Notes under the pieces: model-generated | Database searches by the model: none | What the model saw: only the letters and a program-made list of their open reading frames with translations | Told to the model about the DNA's origin: nothing | Shown: piece after piece, positions 1-10,034 of the stretch | Layout: every line of letters begins with the position of its first letter | How positions within the stretch are numbered: the first letter of the stretch is position 1 | NCBI GenBank assembly: GCA_963850475.1 | Contig: CAWKLM010000010.1 | Span: 90,946 to 154,945, forward strand | From: Ilumatobacteraceae bacterium | GTDB lineage: Bacteria; Actinomycetota; Acidimicrobiia; Acidimicrobiales; Ilumatobacteraceae | Length of the DNA stretch: 64,000 nt | Reading direction: 5' to 3' | Made by a program: the position numbers and the translations under genes

Positions 1-1365
1 GGGCGCCGGCATCGGACAGCCCGAACATCGAATGCTCGGAGAGGATCATCTCGCGGACGTCGTCGAGGTCGCCGTGCGCATAGTTCATCAACGGCATGTA
101 CAGCAGTTGGCGGCCCTCGTCGGCGAGCATCAGGTCGTACATCTTCTCGACCGGGTCGACGCCCTCGGCCGCTGCCAAACCGGCAACGCTGTCCTCCGGC
201 GTCGGCTCGTAGTTCGGCGGGTCGGTGAGCGGGTACATCCGGTCGAAGCCGGCGTGGATCAGCGCGGGGAAGTCGCGCACCCGGACCTCGGCGTGCTCGG
301 CGATGATCGCAGCACGAGTCGCCGGGTCGGCGAGGTGGGCGACGCGTTCGTCGACCGGCAGGTCGTGGAGTTGCGCGTACGTCGGGCACCGACGCAGCGG
401 GTTGGCGGTCGCGGCGAGCCCGAGCAGCACGCCGATCGGCCGGACGGCGACCTGGGCGCGGACGTCGGCTCCCGCCGCCGACCACTGCTCGATCCGCTCG
501 ACGAGTTCGCGCCACCGGTTCGGGGTCTCGTCGTTCTGCTGGACGGTGAAGCTCAAGCGGGCGATCGACCTCGTCGACGATGCGGCCGAGCAGATCGAGT
601 TCGCGCTCGACCAGTTCGTCGTCGCCCGACTGGTACACGTCGGAGATCAACTGGATCACGCCGGCGCCGGCCCGGTCGAGCGCCTTCGCGACACCGACGA
701 CTTCGTCGGCCGTGGCGCGCAGGGTGCCGATCGATTCGCCCGACGACGTGCGGTGCGCCCAGGTGCGCGAGGTGGTGAAGCCGAGCGCGCCGTTGCGGAT
801 GGCCGATTCGGTCAGCGCACACATCGTCTCGATCTCGTCGGCGGTCGCCTCGGACCGATGGTCGGCACCGCGCTCACCCATCACGTAGGTGCGCAAGCGC
901 GGCATGGGGCACCTGGGCACCGACATCGACCGTCCACGACAGCCGGTCGAGCACGTCGAGGTACTCGTCGAAGCTCTCCCACCCCCAGGTCATGCCCTCG
1001 GCGAGCGCCGTGCCGGGGATGTCCTCGACGCCTTCGAGCAGGCGGATCAGCCAGTCGTGCCGGTCGGGACGGGCGGGTGCGAACCCGACGCCGCAGTTGC
1101 CCATCACGATCGAGGTGACGCCGTTGATCGACGAGGGCGCGAGGTCAGGGTCCCACGTGACCTGACCGTCGTAGTGCGTGTGGATGTCGACCCAGCCCGG
1201 CGTGACGATCAGGCCGGACGCGTCGATCTCGCGGGTTGCGGGCTCGTGGGCGGACACGTCACCGACTGCAACGATCCGGTCACCGACGATCGCGATGTCG
1301 GCGGTGCGGCGTGGCGCTCCGGTCCCGTCGACCACCGTGCCGTTGCGAATGATCAGGTCGGACAT
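1..1365 (-). CDS. N-acyl-D-amino-acid deacylase family amidohydrolase (frameshift ~895; runs off window edge)
   Basis: [45 protein letters not shown]; after one extra base it resumes as [12 protein letters not shown]. Confidence 0.85.
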
Positions 1366-1450
1366 CGTGCTCCCCTTCGTCCCGATCCACCGTACCCAGC
1401 ACGGACCGACGAGGCCCGACCGGCCGGAACCCGAACCGCGGAGCAGGCCG

Positions 1451-2269
1451 TCAGTCTGCGAGCAGCCCGTCCACCCGGTTGAGCACGGCTTGGTCGTCGT
1501 TGTGCGAGTGCGTGAAGCCGAGCGCCCGTTCTTCGCGGACCGTTTCGATCGACCGGTAGGCGTTGATGTACGCCCGACGCCGAGAGTCGTGGCGTGCGAT
1601 TCCCACCCGAGCCGTGGAGCACACCCTCGTTGTGCACGGTGATGTCACCGCGCCGGATCGGGACGGGCCGGAGCTCGTCATCGGGGCGCAGGTCGGTCAC
1701 CAGCGTGTGCTGTTCCTCCCGGCTCGTCCCGGCCGGTCGATGGGGGCGCACCGGCTCACGATGGCTGCCGGGGAGGAACTGCATGCATCCGTTGTCGACG
1801 GTGGAGTCATCGAGCGCCAACCAACAGGTTGCGGTCCGGCGGTCGTCGGTGTTGATCCAGTACGCCTGATCCTGGTGCCAGGCGAACACGGCGTCCTCAC
1901 GGCCGGGCTGTTTCGCGAGCAACTGGTCGAAGTCGAGCGTCATTCCCTCACCGCAGAGCTGCTCGGCAATCGTCTGACCGACCCGTTCGAACACGTTGCC
2001 CTGCCACTCGCGGGTGGTACTTGCGCGGCAACATCACGTTGAAGATCGCGTAGTGCGACGGATCGGTTCCGAACTCGCCCGTCACCATGTCGTACAGGTC
2101 GCGTCCCGACGACGTCGATCTCGCCACGCATGAACGCGTCGTAGACCGGATCGAGTGCGGCGACCTCCTCCTCGGTCAGCACACCTGCGAGGTGGACGTA
2201 CCCGTCGTCGGCGAAGCGTCGTCGTTCGTCCTCGGTCACGATGTAGCGGTCTCCGGAACGCACTCCCAT
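1451..2269 (-). CDS. Phytanoyl-CoA dioxygenase (PhyH) family Fe(II)/2OG oxygenase, frameshifted
   Basis: [11 protein letters not shown] start, [39 protein letters not shown]; assembled across several frames. Confidence 0.85.
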
Positions 2270-2286
2270 GCGACCGAGCGTAGGGG

Positions 2287-3531
2287 TCAGGGCGCGACGG
2301 AGGCTTGTTCGACCGGTCGACGAGCTGCGATGATCCGCGTCCGGAGGTACCCCGCGAGCAGTGATCCGAGGAACAAGGTGCTCGCACCGAAGAGCCACAG
2401 GAGTCGGTAGCTCCCGTTGTCGATGATGACGCCACCGAGCGCTGGCCCGAGCGCGGCGCCGATGAACACGCCGATCTGGCTGATGCCCGTTGCGGCCGCG
2501 GGCGCCGACGGATTGTTGCGGACGACCGACAGGTTGAACAGGCCCGGCCACGCCCATCCGAACGCGAACGCGGGAATCGGCGCGAGCACGTAGGTGAGCG
2601 GTACGTCGACCGCCAGCACGAGCACGCCGACCGCGCCGAGGCCGTACAACCAGACCAGTCGTTGGATCGGGAGGATGCCGAGCCGATCGACCTGCCACCC
2701 CTGCCCGAGCCGGCTGATGATCCCGACGAGCGATCCGAGGCTCAACACCAGACCGGCGACGCCGGGATCGAGACCTGAGGCCTCCGCACCGCTCGTGATG
2801 AACCCGACCATCGCGCCGGCGCTGGTCGCGCCGAGCATGCCGACGGTCGCGTAGAGCACCAGGAGCGGGACCCCGAGATCGGGTCGTGGCGATCGTCGCG
2901 CCCCCGACTCGGTCGTGCTCGTGTTGCGCACCGATCGACCCCCGACGTCGGCCGGGAACCCCGCGATCGCGACGAGCGCCACGACGGCACCGGACACGTA
3001 CGCCCACTGCCAGCCGACCGTGAGTGCGATCGCCGGAACCGCCGCTCCGCCGAGCAACGCCGCGGCGGGCATCCCCGACTGCTTGGTGGCAAGGGCGAAC
3101 CCCAGACGCTCGGGGTCGATGTGAGTGGCCAGCATCAGGTTCGCCGAGGGTTGGTTGATCGCGTTCGCCATACCGGCAACGCCCAGCAGCGCGGCGAACT
3201 GCCAGACGTTGCGGGCGAACGCAGCGATGGCGAGCATCGACAACGCCGAGGTCGTCAACCCGACGCGGAATCCCCGCCGCGGGCCGAGTCGCTCGGCAAC
3301 GCGTCCCATCGGCGCCGACAGGAGTGCAGCGACCGTGAACGAAGCGCCCATCGCCAAGCCGATCTGAGTGGCCGACAGCCCGACGTCGTCGCTGAGCTGC
3401 ACACCCAGCGCGCCGGTCAGGAAGACCGGCAGGGCGCTGCACATCGTGCCGAGCGCGACGACCGGCCACGTGCGTCGGCCATGTGCACGTGCCGCCGCTG
3501 CAGACGATCGAGCGGTGGTGACGTCGGCCAT
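2287..3531 (-). CDS. MFS transporter
   Basis: 414 aa, about 12 hydrophobic segments, GRVAERLGPRR motif A. Confidence 0.9.
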   Translation of the reverse strand: MADVTTARSSAAAARAHGRRTWPVVALGTMCSALPVFLTGALGVQLSDDVGLSATQIGLAMGASFTVAALLSAPMGRVAERLGPRRGFRVGLTTSALSMLAIAAFARNVWQFAALLGVAGMANAINQPSANLMLATHIDPERLGFALATKQSGMPAAALLGGAAVPAIALTVGWQWAYVSGAVVALVAIAGFPADVGGRSVRNTSTTESGARRSPRPDLGVPLLVLYATVGMLGATSAGAMVGFITSGAEASGLDPGVAGLVLSLGSLVGIISRLGQGWQVDRLGILPIQRLVWLYGLGAVGVLVLAVDVPLTYVLAPIPAFAFGWAWPGLFNLSVVRNNPSAPAAATGISQIGVFIGAALGPALGGVIIDNGSYRLLWLFGASTLFLGSLLAGYLRTRIIAARRPVEQASVAP

Positions 3532-3588
3532 GCGGAGGCGACCGTATCGAGCGTCGTCCCGACCGCCGTCGCCGAAGCGCGTCGAATG

Positions 3589-4148
3589 TCAGTCCGGGCG
3601 GAGGCCGGCGAGCATCGCGTCGATCACGTCGGCCGCGACGGCGTCGGCAACCGGCGGCGCCACGAGCGACACGGTCGCGACGCCGTGGATCGCCGCCCAG
3701 AGCGTCAGGCTGATCTGGACCGGATCGCGATCGACCAGCGCACCGTCGGCGATGGCCTGACGGACGTCGTCGACGCCGGACTCGAACACGTCGGTCGCTG
3801 CACCGAGTTCGTTGTCGGCCTCGATGGCGATCGCGTTCGGACGGAACATGAACATCAGTCGGAACAGCTCTGGGTTCGAGCGGGCGAACTCCACGTAGGC
3901 GAGTGCCCGCTCCCGCATCCGCTCGATCGCCGTGTCCGCCGTGGTCGAGTACGCCGCGCGGAGTTCGTCGTAGCCGGACGCCGCGACGGCGCGCAGCACG
4001 GCGTCCTTCGACTCCAGTGGTCGTAGATCGCTGGAGCGGTCACGTCGAGCCGACGTGCGAGGCCGCGCACCGAGAGCCGCTCGTGACCCTCGGTGCGAAC
4101 GATCTCCTTCGCGGTGTCGACGATTCGCTCCGGGGAGAGGAGCGCCAT
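3589..4148 (-). CDS. TetR family regulator with WHG-like C-terminal domain (frameshift ~4015)
   Basis: LSVRGLARRLDVTAPAIYDH HTH; AYVEFARSNPELFRLMF and LWAAIHGVAT. Confidence 0.85.
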
Positions 4149-4152
4149 GTCC

Positions 4153-5546
4153 TCAGTCGGCGATCCAGCTGCCGTGGAAGCCTGCGGGAACCCGACGCGG
4201 GAGGTGCACTTCGGCCAGCGGCGCTGCTGCGATGTCGGAGGCATCGAGGATGCTCAGGTGCGAGGTGTTCGTGGTCTCGTCGTGGACGAACGTCATCAGG
4301 TAGCCGTCGTCCTCGCTCGTTGCGTTCTCTGCGGGCACGAACCGCGCTTCGCCCGGGCGTCTGTCCCTTCGGGTAGCGGTGCGACGTGCGCGCGGCGCCG
4401 TTGTCGAGGTCGTACTTGAAGATCTCCCCGGCGTCGCCGTCGAGCGTCGTCGACATCGAGTAGCCGTACCGGCTCGCCAGACCGACGTTGGCGTCGGGGA
4501 CCTGCGGGAACTCGGACGGTCGATCGTCGAGCTGGCTCTCGCTCACGCCGCCGGTTGTCCGGTTCAGACGCCATTCCCACATCTTCGGCATGTCCTCGGC
4601 GGTGGCGCTGTCGGGGTCGCCGATGTCGGCGCTGTCGCGCCAGATCTCGTTGATGCGACAGCCGCGGACCACGACCTCGTCACCCTCGTCGTGGGCGTTG
4701 AGGGAGTGGAACATGTAGCACGGGTCGACGTCGAACCACTGGACGTCGGCGTCGCTGCCCTCGCGGGGCATCACGCCCATCCGTGCCGGATAGTCGTCGC
4801 TCCAGCGGATCGGCATGCCGCCCGACATCGCGAGCTCCATGTCGAAGATCGCCGGAAGGTCGAAGAAGATCGAGTGATCCCGTGAAACGGTGAAGTCGTG
4901 CATCATCGTCGGCCCGCCGACCGTGATCTCGGTCGACTGCAGCAGCTCGCCGGTCGCGCTGGCGCGGTGATATGTGAGGTACGGCGGCAGCGAGCTGTAC
5001 CCGAAGAACAGCAGCTCGCCGGTCTCGGGGCAGATCTTCGGGTGCGCCGTCATGGCGGTGGTGAGCTTGCCGTCGAAGGTGTGCAAGCCCGACCGTGTCG
5101 AGGTTGCAGTCGATCTCGTACGGGAACGAGCCTTCTTCGAGCGCGAGGATCCGCCCCGCGTGGTCGATGACGTGGGTGTTGGCGACACCGACCTCGAAGT
5201 TGAACTGGAACGTCTCGGGATCGAGGTACAGATCCATCCGCTCGACGCCGGGGTTGGCGAACATCGGGGTCCGCACGTAGCGGTTGCGGTACCAGTTCGC
5301 CTTGCCGTCGGCGAGCTCGATGCCGTGGATCATGCCGTCGCCGAGGAACCAGTGCTCGGACTGCCCGGTCTGCGGGTTGGCGCCGTTGCGGAGGTAGCGA
5401 CCCTTGAGTTCGGCGGGGATGGAACCGCGCACTTCGAGTTCGGTCAGCGTGACCTCGTCGGTGACGGGCGCTCGGTTCTCGCGCAGGTGCCAGGGAAGCT
5501 CCTCGCTGGTCGAATCGCTGGTGACGGACGTGTCGAGAGTGGTCAT
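4153..5546 (-). CDS. Carotenoid oxygenase / lignostilbene dioxygenase (RPE65) family, frameshifts ~5090 and ~4350
   Basis: GRYLRNGAN, HWFLGDGMIHG, MTAHPK, MMHDF, YMFHSLNAHD, EDDGYLM, RVPAGFHGSW (four Fe-binding His). Confidence 0.9.
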
Positions 5547-5592
5547 GTAGGCTGCTCCTGTGAGTGTCGAGATACACGACCCTAGCCGATTC

Positions 5593-5609
5593 ACTGAACA
5601 GTGTTCAGT
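5593..5609. promoter_or_regulatory. Perfect palindrome ACTGAACA-G-TGTTCAGT, candidate TetR operator
   Basis: Lies between the divergent oxygenase-TetR unit and the patatin gene. Confidence 0.65.
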
Positions 5610-5686
5610 TCGGGGACGAATCGGTGCGAGGGCCAGGCGATCACAGCGGGACCACGTCTCGATCCGGCTCGTGGAAGAATGGTGCG

Positions 5687-6640
5687 ATGCCGTCGGTGGG
5701 AGTTGTGCTCGGTGCCGGTGGCATCGTGGGAGCGGCGTATCACGCCGGGGTCCTCACCGCGCTCGCGGAGGCGGGCTTCGACGCCCGCGACGCCGAGCTC
5801 ATCGTCGGAACGTCCGCCGGCTCCGCTGTGGGAGCCACACTACGGGCGGGGTTCCCTCCGCTCGACCTCGCGGCGCGCAATCTCGGCGAATCGGTCTCGG
5901 ACGAGGCGGCGTCGATCGTTGGGTTCACGGGCGGCCCACCCACCCTCGACCTGCGGCCCCGACCGTTCTCACGGCCGCCGCTCCCCTCCTCGCCGAGGCT
6001 GCTCCTCAGGTCGGCACGCCATCCGACCAAGGCGCTCGCCGGCCTGCTGCCGACCGGCACCATCGCCGCCGATGTCATCGGCGAGCGGATCGCACTGCTG
6101 TACGGCGACCGATCGTGGCCGGAGCAGCCGCTCTGGATCTGCGCGGTCGACCTCGAGCACGGCGATCGGGTGGTGTTCGGCCGTGATGCTCCCGACGCAG
6201 CGGTCGGCGTCGCCGTCCAGGCGTCGTCGTCGATCCCCGGATTCTTCCGCCCGGTCGAGCACGACGGCCGACGCTACGTCGACGGCGGTGTCCATTCGTC
6301 GACCAACGCCGATCTGCTCGCCGAGCAGCGGTTCGACGTCGTGGTGATCGTGTCGCCGATGTCGGCGACACGACTCGCCCACGGCGCGCTCCTGCCCAAC
6401 GCACGGCCGATGCACGCCCGCCGACTCGCGACCGAGGTCGACCACCTCCGCCGGGAGGGCTCCCACGTGCTCACGTTCCAGCCGACTCCCGAGGTCGTGT
6501 CGACGATGGGGCGCAACTCGATGGATCCCGGCCGCCGCACGGCGACGACGGCCGCTTCACTCGCGTCCGCCCGCGAACGACTCGCCGATCCGCGGGTGGC
6601 CGAGCGCCTCGAACTGCTTCGAGCTGCCTCACGGACGTGA
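5687..6640 (+). CDS. Patatin-like phospholipase
   Basis: VLGAGG, GTSAG, YVDGG motifs; probable leaderless start. Confidence 0.9.
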   Translation: MPSVGVVLGAGGIVGAAYHAGVLTALAEAGFDARDAELIVGTSAGSAVGATLRAGFPPLDLAARNLGESVSDEAASIVGFTGGPPTLDLRPRPFSRPPLPSSPRLLLRSARHPTKALAGLLPTGTIAADVIGERIALLYGDRSWPEQPLWICAVDLEHGDRVVFGRDAPDAAVGVAVQASSSIPGFFRPVEHDGRRYVDGGVHSSTNADLLAEQRFDVVVIVSPMSATRLAHGALLPNARPMHARRLATEVDHLRREGSHVLTFQPTPEVVSTMGRNSMDPGRRTATTAASLASARERLADPRVAERLELLRAASRT

Positions 6641-6656
6641 CCGAGGCGGCGTCAGG

Positions 6657-7343
6657 GTGAACCGGCGGTTCGTCGCCCTCGGCGCACTGGTGGCATTGGT
6701 CGTCGTGTTCTTCGCCGCCGGTGGCGACGAGTGGGTCACCGGCGACGGCAACGTCGAGCGGCTGCTCACCGAGACCGGAGTGATCGGACCACTGGTGTTC
6801 GTCGCGATCATGTGGTGCACGCAACCACTCGGGATCCCGGGATTCGTCTACATGGCACCGGCCGGCATCGTGTGGCCGTACCCACTGGCGATCGTGCTCG
6901 CGTGGATCGGCAACATGGGCGCGAGCTACATCGCTTTCTCGTTCGCCCGCTGGTCCGCACGGGATTGGGTGACGGTTCGCATTCCCACACGAATGCATCG
7001 ATACGACGACCGCCTCGAATCGGGTGGGGTCTGGCCGGTCGTGCTGCTGCGACTCGTGTTCGGACAACTCCCGCCGGCCGACTGGTTGCTCGGCGTGACC
7101 AAGGTCAGCACTCGCAACTTCCTGATCGGTACGGGGATCGGGATCATCCCGGGCGTCGTACTCTTCGTCGTGGCCGGTGGTGGGCTCATCGAGTTCCTCG
7201 GCGATCTCCCCACCTCGACGCGACGAATCCTGATCGCAGCGGTGTTCGCTGTCGCAATCGGCCGCCGGCTGTGGAAGCTCCGACGCCGGCGCGCCGCCCG
7301 GGCGGCGGCGCTGGATACCGGTGGACGGACCTCGAACGGGTGA
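6657..7343 (+). CDS. TVP38/TMEM64 (VTT/DedA-like) membrane protein
   Basis: Hydrophobic; GNMGASYIAFSFAR, LLRLVF, LGVTKVSTRNFLIGTGIGIIPG. Confidence 0.8.
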   Translation: MNRRFVALGALVALVVVFFAAGGDEWVTGDGNVERLLTETGVIGPLVFVAIMWCTQPLGIPGFVYMAPAGIVWPYPLAIVLAWIGNMGASYIAFSFARWSARDWVTVRIPTRMHRYDDRLESGGVWPVVLLRLVFGQLPPADWLLGVTKVSTRNFLIGTGIGIIPGVVLFVVAGGGLIEFLGDLPTSTRRILIAAVFAVAIGRRLWKLRRRRAARAAALDTGGRTSNG

Positions 7344-7432
7344 CATCACCACCGGTCGACGGAGCCCCACGAGCCGAGATCACGGCCACCCACGGGTTAC
7401 GGTCACACCGTACCGACATGGGGGTGTCTGTC

Positions 7433-8389
7433 ATGACGAGATCAGCAGAGGGATTCGTCGAGTCGTACGTCGCCGATGCAGCGGGAACCGAACCGGATCT
7501 CGAGCGACTGGTGGTCGAACCGTCGGGTCTCGATGCGGCAGGGATGCTGGATGCGATCGCCAACCCGTGGTTCACCGAGCCCGGGCGCCAACCGGTCGCG
7601 CTGCAGATGATGTGCGACTTCATGGCACCGGAAGGGTCGATCTACTACGACGCGATCTACGGCGCGTTCGAGGGTCAGCCCGCGATCCGCAACTGGCTCA
7701 TCCCCACGATGGCGACGATCGACTTCATCGAGTTCGTGCCGACGGCACCTCAGGCGCTGTTCGACGAAGAGGCGGGCAACACGTCGCTCGACGAGTGGCA
7801 GATGTTCGCGGTCATCGGCGACGACCGCATGCCGCTGTCGCGCGGCGTCAGCGTTCGGCGCTACCGCGACGGGTGGATCACCTGGGCGTGCGATGTGTAC
7901 GACACCGGGCCGTTCCGCGTGCCACCCCCGCCGGAGGCCGAGGCCGAGGCCGCACCGATCCCCGATTGGCCACGCACGGTGTGGAAGCGCGACCCGACGT
8001 CCTCCGAGATCAGCGCCGAGTCGATTGATTTCGGTGCGCTTGCGGCGGAGTTCCACCCGACCGACTCGGTGTACCACGACCCGACCGTCGGCGAGCTCCG
8101 CGGACGCCAGGCGATCGGCGCATGGCTGACCGAGGTGGGCGACAAGGCCGGCAACGTCGTGTTCGAGCCGCTCGGCCCACGACTCGACGACGGCTCCACC
8201 TCGGTCCAGGAGTGGCAGCAGATGGCCGTTCAGCCCGACGGCAGTCGCGTGTTCATGACGCGTGGCACGAGTGTACGACGCCGCGCCGGCAACGAGATCG
8301 TGTACGCCGCCGACTACTACGACACCGCATCGTTGGCGGATCCCGACATCCAAGCGGCGGCCCGGGGCGCTGGACGCGCGATCGACTGA
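7433..8389 (+). CDS. Tandem SnoaL/NTF2-like domain protein
   Basis: Two homologous halves: YYD..GQPAIRNWL..EWQM..SRGVSVRR..DVYDT and YHDP..GRQAIGAWL..EWQQ..TRGTSVRR..DYYDT. Confidence 0.75.
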   Translation: MTRSAEGFVESYVADAAGTEPDLERLVVEPSGLDAAGMLDAIANPWFTEPGRQPVALQMMCDFMAPEGSIYYDAIYGAFEGQPAIRNWLIPTMATIDFIEFVPTAPQALFDEEAGNTSLDEWQMFAVIGDDRMPLSRGVSVRRYRDGWITWACDVYDTGPFRVPPPPEAEAEAAPIPDWPRTVWKRDPTSSEISAESIDFGALAAEFHPTDSVYHDPTVGELRGRQAIGAWLTEVGDKAGNVVFEPLGPRLDDGSTSVQEWQQMAVQPDGSRVFMTRGTSVRRRAGNEIVYAADYYDTASLADPDIQAAARGAGRAID

Positions 8390-8445
8390 GGTCAGCAGAT
8401 TCTCGACGATCCGGACGAGAATCCGGACGACAACAGGGCGCGCAA

Positions 8446-9702
8446 TCAGGCGCTCGGGCGAGCCGTCGGCGTGAAGCGGACCGGCAGCCGCTTGATCCCG
8501 CCGACGAGCGGGAGCCCGGCGACGTCGAGCGGCACCGCGTCGCCGACGACTTCGATGTCGGGAAGCCGTTCGAACAGGTGGCGGAACACGACGGCGAGTT
8601 CTCGGCGGGCGAGGTTCGCACCGAGACAGAAGTGCGGGCCGGGGCCGCCGAAGCCGAGGTGCGGGTTCGGGTTGCGTCGCACGTCGAAGACCTCGGGATC
8701 GTCGAACGCACGCGGGTCGCGGTTGGCCGCGCCGTAGAGCATGACCACCTTGTCGCCTTCGACGAAGTCGTGGCCCGACATGGTGAGGTCGGTGGTGAGC
8801 GTGCGCCGCATGAAGGTGACCGGGCGACGCGTAGCGGACGATCTCCTCGACGGCGCTCGCGGTGACTCCGTCGACGTCGTTCTGCCAGATCGCGCGTTGG
8901 TCCGGATGCTGCGCGAGCAGGTTCATGCCGTGGCTGATGGCCGTGCGCGTCGTGTCGTTGCCGGCGACGGCGAGGAGGATGAAGAACGGTGCGACCTCCT
9001 CGGGCGCGAGCATCTCGCCGTCGACGTCGGCGTGCACGAGCTTGCTGGTGAGGTCGTCGGTCGGGTTCTTGCGGCGCGTCGTCGGAGAGCTCGTTCATCA
9101 GCTCGGTGAGCTGCAGACCCGCACCGAGGATCGCGGTCATCGGGTCGCCGTCGCCGACGAATTCGGGGTCACCGCCGCCGAGGATGATGTTCGTCGCGTT
9201 CAGCACGGTGTCGAACTCGCTGCGCGGGATGCCCATCATGTCGCAGATGACGAGCAGCGGGAACGGCTGGACGAGTGCCTCGACGAGGTCGACCTCGCCC
9301 TGCCTCGCAGAAGTCGTCGATGACCTCGCGCGAGATCGTCTCGACCGAGTCGAGCACCTGGGCGAGTTCGGTCGGGGTGAACGTCTTGGCGACGATCGCC
9401 CGCTGACGCTGATGCCGCGGGTTGTCCATGTTGATGAACGAGCCGAAGAACTCGAGCGCCTCGGCGGGCAGGTCGACGATCGAGATCGCACCCTGGGCCG
9501 AGCTGAAGCTCTTGGCGTCCTTGCTGATCGCGACGACCTCGTCGAAGCGGGTGACGGCGAAGAAGCGTTCGTCCTCACCGGTGAGTTCGTTGTGGAACGG
9601 CACCTCGATGAACGGGCCGGTCTCGCGGATGTCGATCATTTCGCGCATCCGCTCGTCGAGCGGCTGCTTCCAGAAGGACGGTTCGATCAGGCGAGCGGTC
9701 AT
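8446..9702 (-). CDS. Cytochrome P450 (about three frameshifts)
   Basis: MDNPRHQRQR, LAVAGNDTT, EEIVR, FGGPGPHFCLGANLAR heme motif. Confidence 0.9.
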
Positions 9703-9777
9703 GATCGCGATCGTACGATGCCGGCGTAGCCGCGACCTCGTGCGCTTGCGATGGAGCAGAACGACCAGCGGCGTGGT

Positions 9778-9791
9778 ATTGTACGTACAAT
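9778..9791. promoter_or_regulatory. 14-bp perfect palindrome ATTGTACGTACAAT containing TACAAT on both strands
   Basis: AT-rich island between the divergent P450 and small Cys-rich genes. Confidence 0.55.
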
Positions 9792-9819
9792 TAGTGCAGA
9801 GGCTCGGAAGGAGCAAGCA

Positions 9820-9972
9820 ATGTGTCAACGAGTGACGTGTCAGACCTGTGACAAGCCCGGGTGGCGTGGGTGCGGAGCCCATGTCGAGCAGGTGCTGGGC
9901 GACATTCCGGCCGACGACCGGTGCGCATGCGCTCCCCAACCGAGCCGACTCGGTCGCGTCTTCGGCCGCTGA
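9820..9972 (+). CDS. 50-aa Cys-rich putative metal-binding protein
   Basis: GAAGGAG RBS; MCQRVTCQTCDKPGWRGCGAHVEQVLGDIPADDRCAC. Confidence 0.75.
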   Translation: MCQRVTCQTCDKPGWRGCGAHVEQVLGDIPADDRCACAPQPSRLGRVFGR

Positions 9973-10034
9973 GAGTCACCGCTGGTCGCCGGCACCAGCG
10001 GGAGAGCCCGAAACAGCCCCGTCGACGAGTTCGG

